Part shown: positions 26,912-35,373 of the stretch, piece by piece | Position numbering within the stretch: the stretch's first letter is position 1 | How the letters are laid out: the number at the start of each line of letters is the position of its first letter | Source of the DNA: an uncultured Bacteroidia bacterium | GTDB taxonomy: Bacteria > Bacteroidota > Bacteroidia > Bacteroidales > UBA932 | DNA length: 64,000 bases | NCBI GenBank assembly: GCA_902785825.1 | Contig: CACZZZ010000010.1 | Location: forward strand, 9,262 to 73,261 | Direction of reading: 5' to 3' | Made by a program: the position numbers and the translations under genes | Notes under the pieces: generated by a model | The model's input: the letters and a program-made list of their open reading frames with translations, nothing else | Database searches by the model: none | What the model was told of the DNA's origin: nothing

Positions 26912-29818
26912 CTAGTACCCGAAGATATCTTCGAGGGTAAGGTGCTTTACAGGGCCGAGGGTTGAGATGAATTCGGTGTCAAAATCGCTCTCCCGGCCAA
27001 GGAAGCCGTAGATATATTCACGACCTTTGATCCACTTCTCCTGGAAAGCCTTGACGTCCGCGAGCGTCATGTTCTGGACCGCCTCGAAAACGGCCTTGTC
27101 ACGGCTCTCGGAAAGGCCGAGTTCCCTTAAAGACAAGTACTCGTTCAGTACTCCCATTCCGGTGACCCTTCTGGTACGGATTTGCGAGAGGATAGAGGCC
27201 TTGGCCACCTCGAAAGCATTCTCCGACTCCGGCATATTATTGATAATCTGGTCGAAAGCCAGGACGGCATCCTTCAGCTTATCGTTCTGGGAGGCGATGT
27301 AAGCATAGAAGTAATAATCGTCATCCGGATAAGACGGATTGATCAAGGAAGCCCTGGCGGAATATGCCAAACCCCTTGCCTCCCTCATCTCCTGGAAGAC
27401 GATGGCGTTCATCCCGCTTCCGAAATAATTGTTGTACATCGTGACACCAGGATAGTTCGCCACATCGAACTTCTCACCCCTGTCCGAATACTGGACATAG
27501 TAGAACTGGTTGGCGTCATAAGGAACCAGAAGCACCTCATTGCCAGTGACTTTACGATGTAGAGGATGCTCTTTGACAAGTGGCTCGGGATTAGCGGCGA
27601 TCTTATGGTGATCCATGATTGTCTTCCTTGCGGCCACCTCTTCGGCAGGGCCGTAATAGAGCACGACATGTTTCTTGGAATACAGGTCCTTGACCAAAGC
27701 GAGCAACTCGTCGGAAGTTATGGAAAGGATCTGGTCGTCGGTGAGCGTCGATTTGGTGACGAACTCGGGACCATAATAGATGTAATCCTGGAGGGCGGCG
27801 AAACATGCGCTTTGGCTGAGTTTGCTGTCAGCCCTGTCCTTCATGACATCAGCCTTAAGAGCGGACAGGATGGTGGTGTCAGGTACAGCGTTGAACACAA
27901 GGTCCTCGACGATGTCCATAGCGACACCAATGTTCTCCTCAAGTCCCCTTACCGTGGCGACTGTCCTGGTCGAAGCGGGGGCCAGCCCGTATGAACATGC
28001 GAGGGAATACATGTCTTTCTTGATCTGGGCGGCGCTCCTGGTCGGGGTACCGAGATAGCTCAGATAATTGAGCGCCAGCGATATACGGGGATCATTCTGG
28101 AGGCCTTTATCGAATATCGCGGTGTAAGTGGTGATGTCGTTGATCTCATTTTTCTTGTAGAGGAACTCAATTCCTCCGGAAAGCTCATCCCTGGCCATAT
28201 CCTTGGTGAAATCAGGGAACACAGGCTCGATCGGAGCAACCTCGGAGTTCTGGATAGAGGTCAGGAAGTCGCTCTGCATGTGACGGTTGGTCTCGATTGG
28301 AGTTATGGCCGGAGCGGCGATCTTGTCGATATTCGGATCTTCTCCAATCTTTTTGTAAGCGAGCACATAGCTGTCAGCCCCAAGATATTCATTAGCCCAA
28401 TCGGTGACCTGACGCTTGGTGACCTTCTCAAGACGCCTCATCTGGAGGGCATCATCCTTCCAATTATGTCCGCTGATGAAAGAATTGACAAAGGACATCG
28501 CCCTGCGCCCGTTGTTCTCCAACTGCGACATATTACGGAGCTTGATATTATTGATGGTGGACTTGATTATCTCCTCATCAAAGTCACCGGTACGGAGTCT
28601 TCCGACCTGCTCGAGCATGAGGTCACGGACTTCCTCAAGGGACTGACCCTCACGAGGATAACCTACGAGAAGGAACTCACCGTAATCCGGACGGGAATAG
28701 TTCATGGAGTAGAATCCGCCCACTTTCTGAGCCTGTACCAGGTCAAGGTCCGCAAGACCCGCGGCACCGTTGTAAAGGACAGAGTTGACGATTCCTCCAA
28801 CCTCACTCCTGAGAATATCCTTGTCGCCGGGAGTCCTCCAGCCGATCATGACAAACTCAGCGTCAAGGCCATAGACAGTCTTTTCGACAGGCTTGGTGAT
28901 CTGAGGCTCGGGCTCGTATTGAAGGGTCTTGATGTCCGGATTGGGTTCCCACTCACCAAAATACTTCTCGATCGTGGCCACGAAGGTGTCGGGGTCGAAA
29001 TCGCCGGAAACACAGATAGCCACATTATTGGGAACATAGAAATTGCTCCTGTGGTTCTCGATGTTGATGATCGAAGGATTCTTGAGGTGCTCCTGGGTGC
29101 CGATAGTGGTCTGGATGCCGTAAGGATGACGGGAAAACAGCACAGAATCAATGGCTTCCATAGCCTTGGAGTCATCCTCCGTCAGGCTCATGTTCTTCTC
29201 CTCATAGACCGCTTCCAACTCGGTGTGGAAGCCGCGGATCACGGGATGGATGAACCTGTCAGCCTGGATCTTGGCCCAATTCTCAATCTGGTTCGAGGGG
29301 ATATCCTCCTGATAGACGGTCATATCAGTGGATGTGAAGGCATTGGAACCCGTCGATCCGATAATCGACATCAGTTTGTCATATTCATTTGGGATGGCAA
29401 TCTTGGAGGCCTGATAGCTGATAGAGTCTATGACATGATACAAAGCCACCCTCTCCTGGGGATCGGTCTTGGTCCTATATTCCTCGAAAAGGCTCCTGAT
29501 CTGCTCAAGCATAGGCTTCTCGGCCTCATAATCCGAGGTTCCGAAACTCTCGGTTCCCTTGAACATCAAGTGCTCAAGGTAATGGGACAAACCTGTGGTC
29601 TCATGCGGGTCGTCCTTGCTTCCGACTCGGACGGCGATGTAAGTCTGCAGGCGAGGAGTCTCTTTATTCACAGTCATATATACCTTGAGCCCATTGTCCA
29701 AGGTATAAATTTTCGTGTTCATCGGATCGCCTTTGACGGTCTCATACTTGTACTTCGCGCATGAACCGGTCAGGAGCAGCGCCGCGGCGAAAGCAGCCGC
29801 TAAAACAATCTTTCTCAT
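26912..29818 (-). CDS. M16-family (insulinase/pitrilysin-like) zinc peptidase, two tandem M16 units; lipoprotein
   Basis: 968 aa. Signal LLLTGSC. Inverted zinc motif HYLEHLMFKGT (HxxEH). Confidence 0.85.
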   Translation of the reverse strand: MRKIVLAAAFAAALLLTGSCAKYKYETVKGDPMNTKIYTLDNGLKVYMTVNKETPRLQTYIAVRVGSKDDPHETTGLSHYLEHLMFKGTESFGTSDYEAEKPMLEQIRSLFEEYRTKTDPQERVALYHVIDSISYQASKIAIPNEYDKLMSIIGSTGSNAFTSTDMTVYQEDIPSNQIENWAKIQADRFIHPVIRGFHTELEAVYEEKNMSLTEDDSKAMEAIDSVLFSRHPYGIQTTIGTQEHLKNPSIINIENHRSNFYVPNNVAICVSGDFDPDTFVATIEKYFGEWEPNPDIKTLQYEPEPQITKPVEKTVYGLDAEFVMIGWRTPGDKDILRSEVGGIVNSVLYNGAAGLADLDLVQAQKVGGFYSMNYSRPDYGEFLLVGYPREGQSLEEVRDLMLEQVGRLRTGDFDEEIIKSTINNIKLRNMSQLENNGRRAMSFVNSFISGHNWKDDALQMRRLEKVTKRQVTDWANEYLGADSYVLAYKKIGEDPNIDKIAAPAITPIETNRHMQSDFLTSIQNSEVAPIEPVFPDFTKDMARDELSGGIEFLYKKNEINDITTYTAIFDKGLQNDPRISLALNYLSYLGTPTRSAAQIKKDMYSLACSYGLAPASTRTVATVRGLEENIGVAMDIVEDLVFNAVPDTTILSALKADVMKDRADSKLSQSACFAALQDYIYYGPEFVTKSTLTDDQILSITSDELLALVKDLYSKKHVVLYYGPAEEVAARKTIMDHHKIAANPEPLVKEHPLHRKVTGNEVLLVPYDANQFYYVQYSDRGEKFDVANYPGVTMYNNYFGSGMNAIVFQEMREARGLAYSARASLINPSYPDDDYYFYAYIASQNDKLKDAVLAFDQIINNMPESENAFEVAKASILSQIRTRRVTGMGVLNEYLSLRELGLSESRDKAVFEAVQNMTLADVKAFQEKWIKGREYIYGFLGRESDFDTEFISTLGPVKHLTLEDIFGY

Positions 29819-29842
29819 CTGTTTTAGATTTGTATCGAATCA

Positions 29843-29850
29843 CAAACATA
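29843..29850 (-). promoter_or_regulatory. Bacteroides-type -7 box (TATGTTTG on the minus strand) for the M16 peptidase gene
   Basis: Plus strand reads CAAACATA, 25 nt upstream of the ATG at 29818. Confidence 0.4.
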
Positions 29851-29880
29851 ATCATTTTTCAGCGCTTCACAAAAAAGTGG

Positions 29881-29888
29881 TATATTTG
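29881..29888 (+). promoter_or_regulatory. Bacteroides-type -7 box (TATATTTG) for smpB-miaA-purE
   Basis: Exact TAnnTTTG match, 19 nt upstream of the smpB ATG. Divergent from the M16 promoter. Confidence 0.45.
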
Positions 29889-29907
29889 TAATTCATGCGG
29901 TTAAGAG

Positions 29908-30363
29908 ATGGCGGCAAAGAAAGAACATAGAATAGAGATAAGGAACAAGAAGGCCTCATTCGACTATGAGTTCCTTGAGACTTATGAGGCGGGGATCGTG
30001 CTGGTCGGGACGGAGATCAAATCCATCCGGATGGGCAAGGTCTCCCTGGTGGACTCGTTCTGCTATTTTGTTGGGAACGAGCTCTTTGTCAAGGGAATGA
30101 ATGTCGCCCAGTATTTTTGGGGATCATGGGGCCAGCATGAGCCGATGAGAGATCGTAAACTCCTGCTGACAAAGCGGGAGCTCCGCCACCTCCACCAAGC
30201 CGTCAAGGAGAAAGGTCTTACTATCGTGTCTGTGAAGCTGTTCATCAATGATGAGGGTTATGCCAAACTGGTCATAGCGCTCGCAAAGGGTAAGAAGTCT
30301 TTCGACAAGAGGGCCTCAATCAAGGAAAAGGATATCCGACGGGAGATGGAGAGGGGCGATTAA
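29908..30363 (+). CDS. smpB: SsrA-binding protein
   Basis: 151 aa. [29 protein letters not shown], and a C-terminal basic tail. Confidence 0.9.
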   Translation: MAAKKEHRIEIRNKKASFDYEFLETYEAGIVLVGTEIKSIRMGKVSLVDSFCYFVGNELFVKGMNVAQYFWGSWGQHEPMRDRKLLLTKRELRHLHQAVKEKGLTIVSVKLFINDEGYAKLVIALAKGKKSFDKRASIKEKDIRREMERGD

Positions 30364-30364
30364 T

Positions 30365-31519
30365 ATGGCAAGGAACCGTCAGAACAAGCTTCGGGAGGCG
30401 ATTCCCATCCCTCCCCCGGCTCCGCTTCCGGATCCGGAAGTCATTGACGTGCAGTCCATTCTTGACGAATATCTCTCAGGCAATATCGACCTCATCGTCG
30501 TTCTCGGCCCCACCGCCTCGGGAAAAACCCGCTACGCCGTTCGCCTTGCTCACAGCTTCGCGCGTTTGTATCACCCCCCCTATCCCCCCGGCTTGTCACT
30601 TGATTCTACGGCATACACGGCCGGTGGAAGTGTCCCCTCCGCAACCGTGGCCACCCTCGGCCACGTAAGAGGGGGGACCGCCGACGAAGTCGGTGGTGGG
30701 GCCGAGCGAAGCGAGGCGTTGTCGGAGGGGACAGCTTCCACGGCCGTAGTTGCAGAGATTATTTCTGCGGACAGCAGACAGATATATCGCGACATGACGA
30801 TCGGGACGGGGAAGGATCTGGAGGAGTACGGTGATGTGCCATATCACCTGATCGACATCGTGCCGGCGGGGACCAGATTTGACCTATACCAGTGGCAGGA
30901 AGCCTTTGAGAAGGCTTACAAAGACATCAGGGAAAGAGGCCGGATCCCGATCCTGTGCGGAGGCACCGGTCTTTACATAGAGGCCGCGACTTGCGGATAT
31001 TCCTTGCCCCAAGTTCCACCGGACGAGGAACTTCGGGCCGAATTGGAACAGTACCCTATCGAAGAACTGATAAAGAGACTCGCCGACCTCGGACCTCTTC
31101 CCCCTGAAGGAGTCCTCCAAAGCAAGAGGAGGGTGATCAGGGCGCTGGAAGTAGCTCTGTATGAGAAAGATCACCCGGTACGGAAAAGCGGATATCTTCC
31201 CAAAAAACCATATTACATCGGCACCCTCGTGGACCGTGAGGAAAGGAACGCCCGCATAGATTCCCGTCTTGACGCGAGGCTTCAAAACGGCCTTGTTGAA
31301 GAGGTAAAGGGCCTGCTGGACAGCGGCATACGAGCGGAAGACCTGATGTACTACGGTCTTGAATATAAATTCGTGACCCAGTATGTGCTGGGAATCCTGA
31401 GTTACGAGGAGATGAGGCTCCTTCTGGGAAATGCCATCCACCAGTTTGCCAAAAGGCAGATGACCTGGTTCCGGGGCATGGAAAAAGACGGGGTAAAAAT
31501 CCATTGGACAAACGTTTAA
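30365..31519 (+). CDS. miaA: tRNA dimethylallyltransferase carrying a 64-codon in-frame insertion
   Basis: P-loop GPTASGKT. EIISADSRQIYRDMTIGTGK, PYHLIDI, GGTGLY, and C-terminal QFAKRQMTWFR. About 35 extra N-terminal residues make the true start uncertain (a GTG at V29 is possible). Confidence 0.85.
   Translation: MARNRQNKLREAIPIPPPAPLPDPEVIDVQSILDEYLSGNIDLIVVLGPTASGKTRYAVRLAHSFARLYHPPYPPGLSLDSTAYTAGGSVPSATVATLGHVRGGTADEVGGGAERSEALSEGTASTAVVAEIISADSRQIYRDMTIGTGKDLEEYGDVPYHLIDIVPAGTRFDLYQWQEAFEKAYKDIRERGRIPILCGGTGLYIEAATCGYSLPQVPPDEELRAELEQYPIEELIKRLADLGPLPPEGVLQSKRRVIRALEVALYEKDHPVRKSGYLPKKPYYIGTLVDREERNARIDSRLDARLQNGLVEEVKGLLDSGIRAEDLMYYGLEYKFVTQYVLGILSYEEMRLLLGNAIHQFAKRQMTWFRGMEKDGVKIHWTNV
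30560..30751 (+). repeat. GC-rich structured palindromic insertion inside miaA (RPE/MITE-like)
   Basis: 192 nt between LAHSF and AEIISADSRQ. Outer inverted repeat 30617-30645 / 30718-30747 (28 pairs, three 1-nt bulges). It encloses hairpins 30646-30665, 30677-30697 (GAA loop) and 30701-30717 (GCCGAGC-GAA-GCGAGGC). Also contains C7, C6 and G6 runs. Confidence 0.7.
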
Positions 31520-31531
31520 TCACTGAATATC

Positions 31532-31999
31532 ATGAAAGTAGCGATCATCATGGGGTCCACAAGCGACCTCGAGGTCATGTCCGGAGCCTTCGGGATCCTG
31601 GATGATTTCGGAATTGAATATGAGAAAAGGGTCATCAGCGCCCACAGGACACCCGAACTGATGTTCGAATATACCAAAGCCCTGAAAGGCAGGGGCTTCG
31701 GAGTGGTGATCGCCGGAGCTGGAGGAGCCGCCCATCTGGCTGGAGTCGCCGCCGGACTCACCACCCTGCCCGTCATCGCCGTTCCCATGGCCACCAAGAA
31801 CCTCGGAGGACTTGACTCCCTCCTATCAATGGTCCAGATGCCCACAGGAATCCCCGTGGCTACGGTCGCGATCGGAGGAGCTAAGAACGCTGCGATCCTC
31901 GCTGCCGAGATCCTCGCTCTTGGCGACAAGGCCATCTCCGACAAACTGGACTCCTATAGGGAGGCCCAGGCAGAGAAAATCCGTAACACAACAATCTAA
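31532..31999 (+). CDS. purE: N5-carboxyaminoimidazole ribonucleotide mutase
   Basis: 155 aa. [39 protein letters not shown]. Confidence 0.9.
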   Translation: MKVAIIMGSTSDLEVMSGAFGILDDFGIEYEKRVISAHRTPELMFEYTKALKGRGFGVVIAGAGGAAHLAGVAAGLTTLPVIAVPMATKNLGGLDSLLSMVQMPTGIPVATVAIGGAKNAAILAAEILALGDKAISDKLDSYREAQAEKIRNTTI

Positions 32000-32998
32000 A
32001 TGAATACCAAGTTGTTAGCGGCGTTGCTGGCAATCTTTCCGCTGGCGGCGCAAGCCCAGAGTGTAGTCACCCTGCAACCTGCCGGGGAAGATGGCCGTTA
32101 CACCATCGAGACATCCGTCAACGGAGTCGGAGTCCTCACCTACTACACTGAGGAAAACTGGTTCGTGAGCATGTCCACGACCACCTACTTGTTCCTATAC
32201 GAGAACGGGTACATCGATGACGAGGATGTCAAAGGGATCACCACGTTGAAGCTTCCGGACGGATCAAGCTCAAAAGGAGCGGCTTTCGTGATCAGAAACC
32301 TAAAGGTCGGAGACCATATTCTCGTGACGGACATCCCCGCTTTCGTTGTCAGTAAGCAAACAGTTCCGCTAATCATCGGAAGCTCCGCTTTCGAGAGCCT
32401 CGGCGATGTCACCAGGGAGGGTGACAAGATAGTGATCGGTGATCTGGATGACATTGAATCAATAGCGGAAGTCGTTGATCCTGTGGACAGTCTCCGTATA
32501 GCCGCACAAGCCCATCTGGACGCAGAGGAATATGAAGAGGCGGTCTCATGCTTCTCTGCTCTCAAAGAGAAAGACGCTCTCAACATGCTGACCCAGTACC
32601 AGTACTCCTTGCTTCTGGGTATTCTTGAAAGGGATGAGGAGAACATTTCTATCTCGAGGGACTGGCTTTCTTCCAATGAGGGTAAATCCCTGACGATGGA
32701 TTATTGGATCCACAATGGTATGGGCGCTTCTTTCGCCCGCCTCGGGGACAACGCCAATGCGATTTCCAGCCTGGAGAAGGCAATTGGCACATATTACAAA
32801 TTGTTCAACACCTCCGAGAAAGGCATCAAGTCAGGCAACTTCCACGACAACAACCTCGGCTCAACCCTCTACCGTCTCGGCAGAGTCTATGCCGCCGAAG
32901 GCAAAGTCAGGCTGACTGAGACTTACTGCTCCCTCGCCGCCAAATGCGGCTACCAACCCGCCATCGACTTCTGCAACCAGTACAAGATCAAGTACTAA
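32000..32998 (+). CDS. Secreted protein with a degenerate retropepsin-like N-domain and a TPR/Sel1-like C-domain (tentative)
   Basis: 332 aa. Signal peptide ending AQAQ; ATG directly abuts the purE stop. N-terminal layout resembles bacterial Asp_protease_2 domains, but no DTG/DSG is present. The C-terminal half is helical-repeat-like. Confidence 0.45.
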   Translation: MNTKLLAALLAIFPLAAQAQSVVTLQPAGEDGRYTIETSVNGVGVLTYYTEENWFVSMSTTTYLFLYENGYIDDEDVKGITTLKLPDGSSSKGAAFVIRNLKVGDHILVTDIPAFVVSKQTVPLIIGSSAFESLGDVTREGDKIVIGDLDDIESIAEVVDPVDSLRIAAQAHLDAEEYEEAVSCFSALKEKDALNMLTQYQYSLLLGILERDEENISISRDWLSSNEGKSLTMDYWIHNGMGASFARLGDNANAISSLEKAIGTYYKLFNTSEKGIKSGNFHDNNLGSTLYRLGRVYAAEGKVRLTETYCSLAAKCGYQPAIDFCNQYKIKY

Positions 32999-33020
32999 AC
33001 GCAGGCTCAATGACACAAAC

Positions 33021-33056
33021 AGTCCGCATTCTCAAAACGAGTGCGGACTTTTTGTT
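33021..33056 (+). terminator. Rho-independent terminator ending the smpB-to-32998 transcription unit
   Basis: Stem AGTCCGCA (33021-33028) / TGCGGACT (33042-33049), followed by TTTTTGTTTT. Confidence 0.75.
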
Positions 33057-33343
33057 TTGAAATGACTGATAATCAACCATATAAGTTAGCAAGTTGCGAA
33101 AACATACGACTTTTATCCTAAATGTTTTCTCAGACGTATTAGTTAACTTATTAATAATAAATAATTTAGGGTCACTGAGCCGTCTTTAGCTTTGAAAAAA
33201 TAGCCGCGAATCATCAAAGCAACATTGCAAAATGATAATCACGAAGATTCAGGCGACCTCAATAAGAGTCGTTTTCAGAATTATCAGTACAGATTAATCT
33301 TTAAAAACAGCCGCTGAATACCGCATAAGGGACAATTATGTTT

Positions 33344-33374
33344 TTATCCGTTGAATTATTTGTTCAACGGATAA
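33344..33374. repeat. Perfect 12-bp inverted repeat with a 7-nt spacer, upstream of the Y1-transposase-like gene
   Basis: TTATCCGTTGAA-TTATTTG-TTCAACGGATAA, ending 39 nt before the ATG at 33413. Confidence 0.8.
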
Positions 33375-33412
33375 TGTTTCCGAACTTTGAATCCGTATAG
33401 AATAAACAAACT

Positions 33413-34351
33413 ATGGAATACTTCTCTGATTTTGACAATCCCCAAACACAAGGAAGGGGCGTTACTCCGGTAAATGATTGCTCCCATGTATATTCAGACG
33501 GGACCAATGTCACAGCCATATTCACAGAAAAAGAAGACAAATACAGGATTTTGGATATGCTCGCCATAACCGCTCTGGAGACCGGCGTCAGGATCTTGGT
33601 CGCTGAAGTTATGACAACTCACTTTCATTCAATCGTGTCAGGTCGCGATCAGAACCGCGAGCGATTCAAGGACTCCACTAAAAGATAATTGCTGAACTGG
33701 ATCTCCCGGAAAGGACTTCAAACATGTGTGAAAGGAGAACTTCGGTTAAGCAATGATCCTATAAAGGATGAAGATGAGTTGAAAGGGAAGATAATGTATG
33801 TTTACCGCAACTCCCTCTGTGCTGGAATCATGCTTGTCCCATGGAAATATGAAGGCGGACCTGGTGACATCTATTTCATAGACCATGCTGAAGAATCGCT
33901 GAAGGGGAAACCAGTCAGCGGACTGTCGGTCAATAAAAGAAGGCAACTATTTCACACTCTGAAGGAACTGCCTGTTGGTTGGAGGTACGACGAGAAAGAA
34001 CATCGCCTTCTTCCACACAGTTACATGGATTGGCAGAGGGTGGAACGGTTATTCAGGACATTGAGAGCATTCGTCGCGTTTATGGCCCAAAAGAAAGATC
34101 TTGAAGTCAAGTACGACATGGAGTGCGCGGCCGGTGCGATTGAGAAAGCAAGTGAGAAGGACTTGCGAAAAGAAGTTCGTCTTCTTTGCCGTCAAATGTA
34201 TGGCTTTGACAGAGTCGCTAAAGCCAGCCTTGAGCAAAAGACCTTTTTAGCTAAAAAGCTCTGGTCTGGCAGACGCACTTATTCCATCTCGGTTCTGAGC
34301 CGGATCTGCCTGCTTCCAAAAGAATATTTGCAAGGACTGTTTGGGCGCTAA
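33413..34351 (+). pseudogene. HUH-Y1 (IS200/IS605 TnpA / RAYT-like) transposase homologue interrupted by one in-frame TAA
   Basis: ORFs 33413-33688 and 33689-34351 share a frame, separated only by TAA at 33686-33688. The N-part has HVYSDG....IF....D.....LD.L......V.ILVAEVMTTHFHSIV (HUH = HFH). The C-part has the Tyr helix YVYRNSLCAGI. Confidence 0.6.
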
Positions 34352-34632
34352 TGGGAGATATACTCCTTGAGGGCGTCGATGTACTTGCGGAAGGCTTCGA
34401 GGCCGGCGGGAGTGAGGGTGCAGGTGGTGCGGGGCATCTTGCCTTTGAAACCCTTCTCGACAGTGATGTAACCGGCCGCGGAAAGCTTGTCCAGCTGGAC
34501 GCTGAGATTGCCGGCGGTGGCTCCGGTCTGCTGCTTAATGTACGTGAAATCAGCTGATTCCACGCCAGCGAGAAGGGAAATCACCGCCAGTCTCAACTCA
34601 GAATGAAGGATGGGATCCAGTTTCGGGAACAT
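34348..34632 (-). CDS. Winged-helix (HTH_34-like) transcriptional regulator
   Basis: Start trimmed to MFPKLDPILHSELRLAVISLL... (ATG at 34632, 4 nt after the upstream gene). Also TAGNLSVQLDKLSAAGYITVEK. Its stop codon overlaps the stop of the convergent transposase-like gene. Confidence 0.7.
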   Translation of the reverse strand: MFPKLDPILHSELRLAVISLLAGVESADFTYIKQQTGATAGNLSVQLDKLSAAGYITVEKGFKGKMPRTTCTLTPAGLEAFRKYIDALKEYISH

Positions 34633-34636
34633 CTCT

Positions 34637-35254
34637 CTATTTATTCTGACGTTTGACGATAAAACCCGTAGCCGCAAGGACGATTCCAGCCAAAGTGAAG
34701 ATGAACATCTGCTCCTCGTTAGCTCCTGTGATATAATATATGGCCAAACTGCCGATGCCGGTGACGAATCCCGCGATTTTGATCGCCCAATTCTTCAAGG
34801 CGACACCACTGATAGTCTCTGCAAGGCCGAAGAGAAGAACTATACTTGCTGTCAAGCCGGCTCCAACAGCAATCTTTCCAAGAGGACTATTCCCCAAAAA
34901 GGAATAAAGCACTGAAAACGCCGCTACCGAGCAGGCGAACACACCGAAAGATGTCCATATTCCGGAAACTATCCGGCTGACCGCATTGGTCGCCATCGCC
35001 GGTTCCTCTTTGGAGCGGATCATCCTGGCGAGCGGATATCCCACAAGGGGCATCGCAAACCAGAGGTTATTCCAGTAAGCGTGGCCGGTGGACTTCCAAA
35101 GCGCATAGACAAGCAACGAGAAACAAGTCAGGAGAATTCCCCAAAGAATGAAGTATTTCCCTCCCCGGCGGATAATCTCCTTGCTGTTGTTATTCATTGT
35201 CTCGGTGATGAGAGCGAGGCTCTCACTAGCCGTCATTTCTTTGTTTTGTTCCAT
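34637..35254 (-). CDS. Multi-pass membrane protein of unknown function, co-operonic with the wHTH regulator
   Basis: 205 aa with about 5-6 hydrophobic segments. Confidence 0.55.
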   Translation of the reverse strand: MEQNKEMTASESLALITETMNNNSKEIIRRGGKYFILWGILLTCFSLLVYALWKSTGHAYWNNLWFAMPLVGYPLARMIRSKEEPAMATNAVSRIVSGIWTSFGVFACSVAAFSVLYSFLGNSPLGKIAVGAGLTASIVLLFGLAETISGVALKNWAIKIAGFVTGIGSLAIYYITGANEEQMFIFTLAGIVLAATGFIVKRQNK

Positions 35255-35319
35255 AATATCAATTGTTTACATTGTTTTCAGAGCCAAGCGAGGCTGCGCA
35301 TACCACCTTAACTCTGTCG

Positions 35320-35341
35320 CAAATATAAACAAGTTTATATT
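35320..35341 (-). promoter_or_regulatory. Minus-strand -7 box (TATATTTG) overlapping a 9-2-9 perfect palindrome; candidate promoter/operator of the membrane-protein/wHTH operon
   Basis: Plus-strand CAAATATA at 35320-35327. Palindrome AATATAAAC-AA-GTTTATATT at 35322-35341. A further TTATAAAC half-site follows at 35340-35347. Confidence 0.45.
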
Positions 35342-35373
35342 ATAAACCAAATTATTTTGTAAATATTCTTGCG

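Noticed and set aside
30365-30470. About 35 extra Pro-rich residues at the MiaA N-terminus, considered as a separate domain or signal.
   Set aside because: More likely start-codon uncertainty. There is no internal ATG, but the GTG at codon 29 could be the true start. It cannot be resolved from the sequence alone.
33686-33688. In-frame TAA considered as evidence of stop-codon reassignment or selenocysteine/pyrrolysine recoding.
   Set aside because: TAA is used as a normal terminator by many well-supported genes in this window (e.g. GH43, purL, cysS). Sec and Pyl use TGA and TAG. A pseudogene or sequencing error is the simpler explanation.
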